Assembly: GCA_036172245.1 (NCBI GenBank)
Contig: JAYWIR010000036.1
Span: 1,302,001-1,366,000 of the forward strand
DNA from: Raillietiella orientalis
Taxonomy: Eukaryota
Length of the DNA: 64,000 nucleotides
Direction: 5' to 3'
Made by a program: the position numbers and the translations under genes. A model generated the notes under the pieces. The model did no database searches and was not told the DNA's origin. It worked only from the letters and a program-made list of their open reading frames with translations. This document shows positions 12,876 to 25,550 of this stretch, piece after piece; the first letter of the stretch is position 1, and every line of letters begins with the position of its first letter.

Positions 12876-13799
12876 GCAGCAGCCGCGCGGCCGGAATTGC
12901 GGCGCGGGCAGGAATTGAACTAGAAAGGACTCCTGGACTCTTCGGGACAAGGAGCTGACAAACTGTCCCCGCGAAAAGTTTCCGGACCCGCAGAGGTTTG
13001 CCGGCAGCCCAAGGGTGTGCCGCTGCCGCTCAGCAATCCCTGACGTTGAGACCTTTCCTCCAGGCGACCTCACCTCCTTGTGCAACACGAGACTGAAGCG
13101 CGCTGCACTAGGATCCAACCTGGCCGATAGGTCCACTCTCCTAGCACCAACTGCTGCCTTCGATGAGAGGGTGCAGGGGCGTCTCTGTGAAGCCCCCAGC
13201 TCCCCAAACAGGCTCACGGTCGAATCTCTTGGGAGCGGCCGAGCAGCATGAATTTCGCCTGCGCCGCGTCCTGCCACCTCTTCCAGGAAGAGCCATCCAT
13301 CCCGACGCTTCCCTGACGACGGAACGGTCGATTCGGGAAAGCGAAAGGCGCCGATGGATCTCCGGCATGCCGTTGTGGGGTTCGCTGTAACCAGGAAGAT
13401 GCGAGTCCCCTTTCCTCCTTCCTTTCGGAATGGGCGATCCCTGTTCAATTTTCCCTGCTTCATCGGGTTCACATTTGTGGATCCTGGAAGCAACCTGCCT
13501 CTCTCTGCTAAGAGCTCGACCTCCTCGTAGAGTACTCGAGGTCCCGGGAAGCAGAGGCGAATCGAAGATTGGCATCCTCTTGAAGAGTCCCGGCTCGGCC
13601 CTGCCTGGAAGTGTTGGCGAGCCTCGGCGGCAAAGGGCTACCCACACCAACAGCTCATCAGCAAGAAGTGGTCTCCGCGCGGGGAGCCCGATGGAACTGC
13701 GTCTGCACACCGAGTGGCATCGGCAGGCGGCGGCGACGCGCGTCCGAGCGAGATCCCTGGGTCCGTCCCTTGGTGGGGACGATAGTGGATTCCCCTTCC

Positions 13800-16700
13800 G
13801 ATGCGCAGGTTCTCTTCAGCAGCGTCCCTGCTCCTCGGCATCGAGTGCTATTTGCGACGCGAGCTCGGGATGCAAGGGCGACGGGAAGTAGGACTTTTGC
13901 ATTCGAGGGCAAACTCGCTCGCCAGGGCGTTCTCCGCCAGCCTGGAAGTACGTGACTGCACCCCATCCAGGCGCGCGTTTATATTGCTGCGAAGTCCCCA
14001 CCCCACCCCTGCTATGCGCCGGGACATCGATCTTAGATCAGCAGCCTTTTCTTCTCACACACTTGGATGTGCACCTTGGACCACGGCCACCTGTAACATT
14101 TCGCACATTGTCTTCCCTCTGGAAGGAAAGAGAAAAATGGGCTGGAAAGGAAGATTTATCGCATGTTGGGGATGACACGCCCGCTCACGTAAGAAGTGCT
14201 CCAGCGGGGAAGCTTAACTGTGCCGCGCAGAATTCCCCGGCCTGGAACGATATCGCCGTTTCCGCCCGTAGATCCGCCTATCTGTTCGGCCAGTGAGGAC
14301 GGCGAGCTGCGCTCGGGAGCGAAATCCAGAAACTGCCCCTTCGGAGACGCCCGTTACTCTCCCAGTGAGACGAGATTCGGGGAATGGGACCCGCTCCCGG
14401 TAGTGCTTGGACAGGCGCCGCCGTCCCCGAGGGAACTTTCGGCGCCAACAGCCTCATGGGCGGCGCTGCCCCAGAGGGATTCCATGGAAAAGGGGGCGTG
14501 GTCGAGAGTACCTGGGAGGCGCGTGGATTCCCTTCCCCCCCTTTCAGGTGTTCACTGGGGAGCTCCCGAGTACCGAGGAAAGCAACGCCGCCCTCATGGG
14601 TTGGGTCGCCCCCGCCCTCCAGATTTCGGAGGCCGGACAGCTGCACAGCTCCGTCTCTCCTGATATCTCCAGGGAGTGATTGCGGAACCTCCCGGTCCGC
14701 ATCTTCGCCCGCCCGGGAAGCATCCGCTCGACCCAAGCCTTTTTGCTTTCGGCTGGGTTATCTTCCTGGGGTCACGGTGAGTCAAGGAAGATGAGCGTTT
14801 TTCGGGGGACGTCCCCAAATAGTCATCGGAATCTCGGGGACGCGCGCGGCGGGAGCAGCGACCTCCGTTCACGGGACCCGGAAGCTGACCCGAGACGGAA
14901 GCGCTCAACCGGAAGCAGGCGGGGAGCTCGCGAAAGCGGAAGGCGATCACGTGGTGCCTCCTCTTAGAGTTCGCTCGCGCGGCCCGAGGTCAGTCGGGAG
15001 GTGGTGCCCGATGTGCTCGGCTCCGCAGATGCCCAGGGGGAAGGGGGAGGGGAGGGTAATCTTTGTCGCCTTGGGACGCGTCGCCCTCCGTTCGAATTCT
15101 CGCAGGGATGCGCGCGCGACCCGCGCTCTTCCCTAGCGCTGCTCCGAAAGCGCCAGCGCGCCCGTATTCGGTATCTTAGCGACGGTGTTGTCTGCAAAGC
15201 GAAACTACACGGGTGGAAATTAGGACCTACGCCCTCCGCTTTCTGGGGGAAGGAGGAAATCGTTCCCTCTGGAAGGCGTTCAAGCGTTCAAGCCTCTACC
15301 TAACTCCCCTTGACGGACGCAGTGGGAGCAAAGATGGCGTCTTTTCAGAGAGGCATCTTCAGCTGACTAGTCCCACTGGGGCCTTCGGTGAATCATGAGG
15401 GTAAAGAGAGAATTCCAAGCACGAAAGAGCCCTCCGGCGATCCCTACCTATACGGATGAGCTGCGAGAGAGCTCGGTTTGCTCAACCGTTGACTTGCCCC
15501 ACCTCGGGCGCGTCATCTGCCCGATCCGCACTAGGGAGATGGGCAGACGATCCGGGAGGCCTCCTGGATGACCAAACGATGCGAAGAAGCCTGCGTTTCC
15601 TTCCCCTTCTTATCCCCCTCCGCCCGCTTCTCTGTCCCTTAGCCTGGGACTGCTCGAGGCGAAGCAAAGGAGGAAGTAAAGGAAAGTCTTTTGGCGTCGC
15701 CCACCGCGTCGCCAGGCGATCGCCGTTGGCGTACTGGTATCTCGGAGGTAGCTGCCCCTCCAGCAGCTTTTGAAACTTGCCCTGCGGGGACCCTTCTCGG
15801 GGATTCTCGCAGCTCGCTTCCTGCTGCTGCTTCTTCCCCTGTGCTCCCGGATTTTCCGGCGAGGACACGAGGACACCGTGTAACACCGTATCACTGGCAG
15901 GACGCCCTCCCTCCCTTCCTTCTCGCGCGCCATTGTCTAGAGAACATGAAGGGTGGCCTCGCCTTCCCGCGAGCCTGGTGGGAGCTGGGACAGGGCGCCA
16001 CGGGGATCCCCACTCCTCCCGCGCGCAACCTGCTCCTCCCTCCTCTTCCGGCTCGCAGGACACCGGACGCGAATAAGGTTGGCGACGTTCAGGGAGAATG
16101 CTGTACTCCCTCCTCCCCCTCGGGGGAAAGACACCCCCCTGGTCATGTCAGCTCAGGCCCAGGGACGCCTTGCGACACCGCCGCCGAGGAGGGACGGTCT
16201 GTCTTTCCCGGGAGAGCTGCTCCCCGTAGGAGCGACCCTGACCAGCAGTTGGCTTCCCGAGGCTCAAGAGCGGCGTTCGTACCGTCCGCTGCAAGGCCGC
16301 TCCTTCGGCAGCGCGCCCCTTGTCTTCTTGCCTTCCTCACTACTCCACCCACCCATCCCTGCGCGACCCATCGTGGACCAGCAGGCGAGTCAGCTGAGAA
16401 GGGGCCTTCTCGTGAACCCTGACCTGCTGGCATGACCCCGAAAAGAATGGCTGCCACCGCTCCGCCCGTCTCTCTCCTTAGGACCCAGAGGCACTGCGGG
16501 AAACACTCAAGAAGTCACGCCGCTCCTTCTTTGTTCCCGCAAGCGGGGAGGGCGACTCGCCTCAGCTGCCGCTTGGGAGCGCTGGGAGCCAGAGGTCCCT
16601 TACGTGCTCTCTCCTCGATCCCACTCGCCCTATCGCGAATGGGAACTTATCATAACCCACTACGCCCTCTGACTTGGAAATGAAGACCACCGAGTGCTGG

Positions 16701-17400
16701 CTTCCCCCGTAGACCGAAGTCTCCTGGGCGACATTCCGGACGGAGGGCGCGCGCTTCCTGGGTCTTCCTGTCTCTCCCGAGGAACGCAGCGGACACGCAC
16801 GCACGTGGCCATCCCGCACGTGGCCATCCCGCACGTGGGATGCCCCAGTGGTTGCATTAGGGCTGGGGGCACCCTCCCTACTAGGAGACGATGCCTTCCG
16901 TGGCCTTCCCAGAATGTTCGTAGTCCACGTCTTCGGGCACGCCGGTGTACCTCGTCCCTCCGGCCATCTCCCCCGGCGGCCGAAAAGAGAGCAGAAGGAG
17001 GAGGAGGAGAAGCCGCAAGGAAGGAAGGACGTGGCCGTAGCTTCTCGCTGCTCCCCACGCGACTTGGGGCGAGCGGCTCGAGCGAGCCAGCGAATCCCAA
17101 GCGGCGCCTCGGGGCAGCGCAGACGCATGTGGATCTGGACCTTTCAGCAGTTCCGTCTCACTCCCTGTCCGTTTCCTCATCGATTGCTCCACATTCCCCT
17201 GGCGATGTCCCCAGTGAGACTCAGATGCTCTCGTCTGCTTCCGGCAGACCGACCGACCTCCGTTTTGTTTGTTTACTCGAAAAGACTCGGATCTCCGGGA
17301 CAGGAAGATCCAACGTCCCGGGGGATGAAGCTCCATGTTTTCGCTTGCTGATCCTGACGAGAGCTCAGCTCTTCCGAGCTGAGCCTTCAGCGACGGTGGT
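13800..17400 (+). mobile_element. Decayed L1/Tx1-like ORF2 (endonuclease + RT)
   Basis: Degenerate motifs in order: SRRAFILL (cf. SRGVAIL, ~13965), TLGCAP (cf. NVYAP), VGDD (cf. GDFN), PFGDA (cf. SDH, ~14340), KLGP..AFW (cf. KSPGPDG..EFY, ~15215), CGDPS (cf. QGDPLS, ~15785). Confidence 0.5.
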
Positions 17401-18399
17401 GGAGGCGTCCTTCCAGCTCCGAGATCGCTAATAAGAGAACTAATAAGAGAACGAGACGGTGGTGCCTCCCCTCAGACGGGGAGGGGAAGGAGACGTGGGC
17501 GCGATCGTTCGCCAGGTTCCTGAGGATCTCAGTGCTCCGTATGCTGTCCCGGGATGGGCGTCGTCTGGGCGCTACTGGGGCGCGACGCCGTCGTCGTGGT
17601 GAGAAAATCCGTGTCCAACCGCGCGCGAGGGCGCAGCTGCAGGCACGTGCGAAGTCGGGTCGTCTGAGAGAGGCGCCCAGCGCCACAACCGAGGGCTGTC
17701 CGAACGCCAGCGGCCCAAGCAGGGCATAAAGCGACCGCCTGCTGCTGGTGGAGGGACCAGGACGGTCAGCAGGGTGTTCCTCCGCTCTCGCCATCTCCAG
17801 GGCATTCCTCGGCAACATCCGCAGTGTTGGCGGAGACGCCAACAAAGCTCGGCTGCGGCGAGGTCTACTTTCGGAGGCCTCTTCCGCGGAGTGGTTCTTC
17901 TTCCATGCTAGCGGCATTCCGAATCATCCCCGAGGATCTCTTCTCTTCCTGGCTCTGATAGCCGTAGGAGCCGAGAGAAGGGCTGTCTCAGCAGCGGAAG
18001 CGACTTCATGGGCCCTGACAGCCGTAGGAGCTAAATCGGAGACGTCTGCACCTTCCTAGAGGGGAAGACCCCCCACGAAACCGGGGTGCGAGCTTGAAAG
18101 CCAGGAGCACACTCTGGAAGCGACGAAGCGTCCGTCCGGAGCTCATGGCCCGACGGCAGACCACGTAACGGACACCCGCGTGGGGGGGGGGAGAAGGAGG
18201 GACTTGGACACTTGGGGCCGCCCGTGCGCGGTTCTTAGACACGTGGCCTCCCCTTTCACGAGGTGCCCTGCAAGCCAGTGGTTGCGGCTCGCAGCCGTCG
18301 CCAGGTGATCTGGGTGCTTCTCTCTTCGAAAGGCAGCTCGAAGTCAAGGCGGAGAGGAGTAGAAAGAGGGGAGGAGGAAGGAAAGGAATTCCGTATCGC

Positions 18400-21300
18400 G
18401 CCTTATTTGTCCTCCTGACCTTCCATTAGAGATTCCTCAGCGTGTAAACATCTGGTGGAATCTCGAAGTTTCCAGCCCAAGGTGCCCCTCTCGAAGTTTC
18501 CAGCCCGGTATCTGCGGCGACAGCTTGGAACTTCAACTCTTCCGACCGTTTCTCCTCCTCCGACACGGCAGGCAGCTGCGGCTGCCAAGACGCGCGCCCA
18601 GCTGTCCTCGCGGGCAACAAATCGGTTCGAGACGCAGGGGGGAAATGCCTCGAGCGGATGCTTCATCCAAATTGCTCCCCCTTTATCGAGCCGTCTCCTA
18701 GCAGCTCAGGCAGGAGAAAGGTAGAAGGTACTCCGGGAACGTTCATCCGAAGTGAGAAGGGTCAGAGAAACCCTTATGTAGACCAAAGCTCCCCCACGAA
18801 GCGCCGGCAGATCACCGGGCAATGACTGGAGGAGAGGTCCTGTCCGGAGCGGAGGCAAACACCATTCTGGGAAGTATTGCCTCACCCGCCCACTCGCACC
18901 AGCAGGCGGTCACGCGGTCCTTCACGACCTCCGCGCTTCGAATTCGCGTTCCGCCACGCGCCGCTCGAGACCAGCGGCAACACCTTTGCAAAAAACGTCG
19001 GAGACTCTGGCAGGGGAGAAGGTCTGGCAAAAGCTTCGATCCCTCCCCCATCGGAGAGGCGAACGTGGAGAATGGAACGGAAGCGAAGGGAGGCAGAGAG
19101 AGGCTGGAAAGGGAATTCACTGGAATGAAAGCTCAGCTCCGAGATGCGCGCACCCGAAAGCAACATCACCTGCCGCAGGCGTGTTCTCCCCCGTTCCAAG
19201 GATCGTCTGTTTCTCGGAAGGGACACGGGAGGCGCAGGTGGTGGCTGCCACCCAGAAGTGCCATCTCTCGGCTTGCGTCCTGCCGCGACCCCAAAAGCGC
19301 CGTGTGGCGTTCGGATGGCCTGCAGGAATCATTGAGCCGGGAGCTCCTTCGTTTCTCGATGGATTCTTGGGGAACATCCGCACTGCCCTTTGGATCGCCT
19401 CGGGGATTCTTTGCCTCCAGTGAACTCGGCATCTCCCGGATGCAAGGAACTTTGCCTTCCGTGTCTCATTCCCTCCTGGACGCATCTCGGAAGCTCGCTC
19501 CAAGGTTTCACTTGCTTTGATGTTCCTTTGTCCAGAGCGGCGATCCTTGAAGCCTCCTCCTTCCGATTCGCCGTTTTCGCAGCCTGAAGCTCCTGGAGCT
19601 ACGCCTTCGGCTGCCGGAATCCTCTGCAGACCTCTCTTTATTTCGTAGACAGATCCGTTCCCAGGAGATCACAGGGGCAGGAATGGCTGGTCGTCCCCAC
19701 AGGCGTTCCGCCATAGGCTGTGCTACCGGTCGATCCAGTCGCGGCAGCAGAGAGGCAGGCTGAAAACCATCCTGAAAGCCGGGTTGGGCAAAATTCCCTC
19801 CGCCGCTTGTGGAATTCTCCGGGGAGGGGGCAGGGACAATGGTGCTATCGGCAAGCCTGTGTCCCTAATTTGCCTCATCTCCTGAACCACCTTCGTCCCT
19901 CCGCCGTCTAGTTGGTTTTAAAATGGTCGCCCCTCAAGAGCTCTCGACTGCGTCTTCTTGAGCAGCGGTAGGGCCTGGAGGAGAAGTCTTCGCAAGAGGA
20001 GGCGGACGCATCCTGAGCGCAAACTCTTCCCATCTCCAGGAGCGCTTTCCCATCTCGTCGCCGTTCGGAGTCCTTGAACAGGTCGGAAAGACGGAACCAC
20101 GCCAGAACTCGCCGCCGCACCGCGGCGACGTCCGTCCCACAGAGTGACCTCCAGGTCACGGATGGAAATAGACCGCACGAAAGCGATGCCGCAATTCTCC
20201 GCGAGATCCGAGGTTATCCTGGAGACAGTGTCCTTCACTGGTATTCACGAAGCGGATGCTTTTCGCTCTTGAGGAACCTCAGAAAACAAATCCGAGGCTC
20301 AACCCACATGAACAGCGAGCAGGGAACCCTAGATGGGGCAGTCAAGTCGGATGATCCACAGCCCAAGATGGCAGAACTTTCCCTGAGGCCCTACGAATAA
20401 GCCTTGAAAGCTCTTTGAAATGTTCATCGTTGTGGTCTCCACTTCCAAAGTGAACCCCCCACGGGTTCCCTACTGAAGCCGTCTTGTGTGGTAGACATCC
20501 ACTTCGTACGAAGGAGGACCATCCGGAGTTTTGTGCAAAGCGTAACTATTGTGCTATTCCCACTCCTGGAGCAGACAACCACCTGCTACGTCAGAAAAGA
20601 AGTAAGGACAGGAGGTGTTCTGTTTCGACTTCGCTCTTCACTCTCAATGGAATGTCCTTGAAGGAAAGGATGGGAGTATGGGATGGGGAGCGAATCAACT
20701 GTCGGATAAGTCAGAAGGATGCAAATTGCAGAAGCGCCACGAGGAATGCATCTCTCCCGCGGGAAGGCAGATGAATGTGCAACTAGAACAAGATCCTAGC
20801 GTGAAGCGTTCACTCCCAGGGTGGCAGCTTGCGCTGCTTGTGAACTTGCAGTCTCTTTCCTGCAAGCCTTCCTCCTCTGCTGAAGATGCTTTAGGAGGGC
20901 AGTTGACAAAGAGTCTGCCATCCAGGGCAGCGAAGGAGAGAGTAGCCATCTTGGGGGAGTCTCTACTCTCGGGGAAGCGACCTCCCTCGAAGGAAGCGTG
21001 AATTTTCCAGCACCGCTGATTGTTGTGAAGACGTTTCCGTCATCCTTTGGGAGCCAGCTGTTGCCTCCTCCCGTCCGAATGCCAAGTCCGAAGAGAGTCT
21101 GCTGACATCCTGGGTGTCAGAAGAAACTCTTGCTCTTCCTGTTCTTTCCCAAACTGCTGCTGTCTCCAAGGGCCTCCTGCGCATTCGACCGTCCACGTTC
21201 GCAAGTCCACCACAGGTGCGTTGAAGCTCGCAGCAACTATCGAGCCCGTAGGCAGTTTACGCTGAAATCGAACGCCAAACTTTGGATGCTGGAGAAAAGA

Positions 21301-22450
21301 TCGAGGCCACCGAAAACCAAGCATTGCAAGCCATGAGTTGTTTGTTTGTTTTCCCGTCATCCGATCACGCGATGTCACCGCCTGCCTCAGAGTCGCGCCT
21401 GCGCAATAGGATTCGTTCAGCAGCCTCTGTTTACGTGGACATGGCCTTCCCAACAGTCGTCGCCTATGCAGGTCTCAAGGTGAAGTCTCTGGAGAGACAA
21501 CTTGAGGATGGCTGTTGAGTGAAACAGATTCTGCAATACATCCAACCGGCATCACTTCGGGCGTTCGGGAGGAGGAGGAAAAATAAGGGAGGAACAAAAG
21601 CATCCGTCGAGGAGAGACCGGCCTCTCGGGACATACATCCCCCAAAAGCCCCCGGGAGAAGCCAAAGGTGAAACCGAGCTCCAGGAGTCTCGCCTCGGTT
21701 CGAGCTCTCATGACGAACGGAGGAGAACGAGTCGAGGGCAGTCGTGCCTTGCCCTCTCACACGAGTGGCTCTCGTCTTGTCTTGAACTGCTGGTCGTAGC
21801 CCGAGGCGACACGAGGCAGTTTGGCTCCCCGGATGCTGCGAAGACCTGGGAGGAGCCTTTCCTAAGCGAACGGACTCCGGATTCCTCTCGAGCACGGACG
21901 GAAGCGTCGCTCACTGTTCTCCCGTAAGTTCTTCCGGGACTTCGCGTCCATACTCGCAGATTTCTGGAAAAACTGGGATCGGCTCCCTCGATGGAAGTGA
22001 ATCTTGCGCAACCCTTCGTCCCCGGAGCGGTCCGAGTCGCCGAGCGCGTTTCTGGAACTCGGAACACCCGGGCACAACACGAAGAAGAGGCTCTTCGCGG
22101 AAAAAGAGGTTCCAGGGAACGCAGGAGCGCTTGCTGTTGGCCGATAGGCAGCCCACGAGCGCCAATTGCGGGGACAGGAGCCTGCAGGAGCGGCGGGCTA
22201 GGAACCAGATGACTTTGACAGATCCGCTCTTTCGTTGCGCAGAGGTCTGGGTGGCAACCTTTTCCCCTTGCTCGGGGAGATCATTAAACAGGCAACCTTG
22301 ACTCGAGGATACAATCCAGTCCGTTTGAGCATCCTCCTGGCACTTGCCCAGAGGATCCATTCTCAGTCTCGCTTCCTGTTCTTGCTAGAGTCCACTGAGC
22401 AGGGGAGCCTGCAAATGGCTCATGGGCAGGACTCTCTGAAGTGAGACGCT
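18400..22450 (-). mobile_element. Decayed L1/Tx1-like element (ORF1-like region, endonuclease, linker)
   Basis: Minus-strand xNPWG (~20460, cf. WNxxG), LFVGPQG (~20390, cf. IVxLQE) and WIDR (~19730, cf. RIDR) in the correct order; Cys/His remnants near 22150-22200. Confidence 0.4.
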
Positions 22451-22749
22451 TGCCGACCGGCCATCTCTGCACCATGGCCAACGATCGGAGTCATCGCGCT
22501 ATTGGAGCCCAGTGACCCGAGTCCGACATGACTTTCGGGAAAAAAAGAGCTTAAAGAGACGGTTTTTGCGCATAACCTGCGTAACTCGCTGACGTCACAA
22601 AGCCAGACAGAGTCCGCCGTGACTCAAGGAGTGGGAAGAGGCGTCCGCTGCACGACCATCAGCGCGTTATCATCAGTTCTTCCAGGAAGAGGGAACACAA
22701 GGAAGGAAAGGAGGAAGAGGTGGAAGATGGTGCTCTCCATCTCCCTAGC

Positions 22750-23340
22750 ATCCGAAGCGGATGCTCGGGACTCGGACTTGGGGATCAGCAGCAACCGCGC
22801 AGGATCGTGACCATCCCGCTGTTTCCATGCACTGAAAAGATACCCTCAAGATGCCCCGCCCCTGTGTCCAGCGAATTTTTCTTATTCTTTGGCTCCATAA
22901 AACAAAAGTCGTGTTGCACGCCGTACAAGCGACAGGGCTGGCTGGCCCACACAAGGAAAGGCAGTCATGCCCTGCAGCAGAACCTCAGCTCGTGATGTCG
23001 TCCTTTGGAGCGACTCTTCGCGGTTCACTGCGGCGGGATGCTCGCACAAGCGCGCCGCTGCGGTGTAGCAGAGGACGCGCACCACTTCTTCATCTTCTTC
23101 TTATTCGGGCTCTAAGGATGTCGGTGAAACGGCGGGGAAATCTGGACGAATGTTCAGCATCGCCAGCATTGAGTAACAGCGCTAGGACTCGGAGAAGAAA
23201 AGTAGGCGTGGCTTCCGAAGCGGAAGGCCAGGCCGTCACGGCTCACCTCGCCATTTTCGTTGGAAATGGCGACTCACCTGCAGTTTCGAGGGTGGATGCC
23301 CGGCAGGTACTCCTCTTCCAGGCAATGGGAGGCTGGAGGA
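22750..23340 (+). mobile_element. Decayed RT fragment of a non-LTR retrotransposon
   Basis: TIPLFPCTEKIPSR (~22810, cf. RPISLLPxxxKIxxR) followed by IFVGNGDSPAVSRVDARQVLL (~23255-23315, cf. VxxxxxxSxxxxxxxGVRQGxxL). Confidence 0.4.
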
Positions 23341-24187
23341 CGACCTAAAGAGTGAGCTTTCGGAGGAGACGAGGGAGAAGGGGGATGAAGTCAGGGAGCC
23401 TTCCAGACTGCCCAAGACTATTCCACAAAAATGGGCACGGGGTTTCCGGCTCAGAGTCCCGGACCCTCCCCCCCTTTTCATCCCCTGCGGAACCCTTTTA
23501 GGTCCACGAGCGCGTCTGCTCCCCTCCTCCCCCTTCCCGTGCCTCAAGCGGTCTCCACCACCCCTGGCGAAAGCGAGGAGCACACTTGATAAAAATAGAT
23601 TTATTTCCATCTGCCGTGAAATGACAAGGCATGAAGTAACATAGCAGTTTTCTCACGAGCATGGGATGGATTGGCACATCTGGTGAAGATGACATGTGCT
23701 GCAAAATGGAGCACATTCATTGCCACTGCTAATGTTTCATGTCGTGGCTGCGATCGTGCGCCAAACGAGCGACGGAGGCTGTTCACGAACACGAGCATGA
23801 CACATGGTGCACGAGGGATGAGCATGGTGAGTGCGTCTTCCGATATACGATGTACGTTCAGGGAAAGTGCTGCATGCCGCACGTCAACCCTGCGCATATC
23901 CTACTGTACGGTACATGAGTGGCAGAAGATACGATGCCTGTGGTGAGCATCATGTGCGTCGTCGCATGCGGCACGCTCACGACGCAATATAATCAACAAA
24001 CAACACGTCGTATGGCATACGATATACGTGTAGCGAACACGATATGTGCTTCTTGCATTTTGCATGATACATGTGTGGAGAGCCTGGGCTGAACTCGGAA
24101 TCCGGGTCGGGAGAGCTAATTGCGTGGAGCGCAAACAGCGATTACGAACAGATGCACCACTGCGATCCTCGAGGGTGGGTCTATTGG

Positions 24188-25440
24188 GGCCGATCGAAAC
24201 CCCGAAAGATCTCAAAAATCAAGGCGTGTGTTTGTTATGCATATTAATATTTATTTAAATTCATCCATGGATTAATGTGTAGATATTATAAAGATTATAA
24301 AAGTCAATACATGTGTATATGTATGCACGCATGTGTGTGTACACGTATATATGTATTTAGTTTTATAATGTTTATAATATATATTAATGTTATTTATATA
24401 AGTACATTTAAAATATATTAAAATAAATGTATATATATGTATATCTACAGATTTACTTTTGAAATGAATATTTATCGATATTTATTGATGTGCACATGAT
24501 TAATCGTGTTATATTATTTTTACATGCATATTTATTAATATCATTATTAATATAATGGATAATATATTTCTTACATGGTAGATGTATGTATATGTATATA
24601 TACATCAATACATAGATCAAGAGATAGATGAATGTATGTCATTAGGATTGTAAAAAATAAATCCATATGCTTATTATAGATAGATGGGTGGGTAGCTAGA
24701 TAGACTAATATACAACTTTATTTGGGCATGCATATTTATTAATATTCTTTGAAACATATTAATAATGCAATTAATAATACATATTAATACGTCGCCGATA
24801 CATATATATTACGGGTTATAAAAATAAAAATATGTGTGTTTATTATTTACATTACTGCATATTTATTTATTTATGTATATAATAAATGTTTAAATGTGGA
24901 ATTTCAAAAAATAAAAAAGCAACGGCAGCAATTTGAAATGGTGGGAAAATTAAGGAAGCAAACAAATTTTAAAAAAAAAGCACAAAAAAAGAAAGTTGGC
25001 ATCTCCTGTTGCTGTCGTTACCGACATTCGGTAACAGGAGCTTCCTCAGGAAATGACGAATCTGTTTTCGGGATTTTGATCGATCGATGAATGTGTATGA
25101 TTATGATTCGATACTTACGTATTTATTGCATATATATTTATTATATGTTTAATAAACACACGCACACACATATATATTTATTTAATAATATTTATAATAT
25201 ACATTACTCGGTATATATATGTACGTTAAACTAATATTGCTATTAATAGCATGTGTTAATCAATATTAATAAGTATGTATATTTATTTATATATAAACAT
25301 TCACATTCCTATATTTGATGAGCACATATATTTTTTAATAGCTTTTATAAGATATTTTAATTTGCACATTAAACTATTCATTAATATGTGTTACCGAGAT
25401 GCGTATTGATTTTTGAGGTCTCTCGAGACTTTAATCGTCC
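24188..25440. mobile_element. Foldback-like element E1: long degenerate inverted repeats enclosing very AT-rich DNA
   Basis: 24188-24222 GGCCGATCGAAACCCCGAAAGATCTCAAAAATCAA vs reverse complement of 25406-25440 GGACGATTAAAGTCTCGAGAGACCTCAAAAATCAA (27/35; 7 of 8 differences are transitions). Similarity continues inward (CATATTAAT..TTAATGTG..TTATAAAAG) and weakly outward to about 24118/25508. Confidence 0.7.
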
Positions 25441-25550
25441 TGGATTCTGAGCCGGACCCGGGTCCATGGGTGCGCTCGTGCGGTCGGACGAGAGTCCCTT
25501 CACTCATGATGATGGGAAATTCTTAAGTTCTTTTTCTTCTGTCTTCGCTA

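Noticed and set aside
17428..18506. Short direct duplications (CTAATAAGAGAA x2 at ~17428; TCTCGAAGTTTCCAGCCC x2 at ~18461-18506; also GGAAAATCTTGAA x2 at ~54531)
   Set aside because: Ordinary two-copy slippage-type duplications with no further structure.
22590..22597. CRE palindrome TGACGTCA as a promoter element
   Set aside because: A single 8-mer with no supporting context; expected by chance (another lies at 40021 inside a dead ORF).
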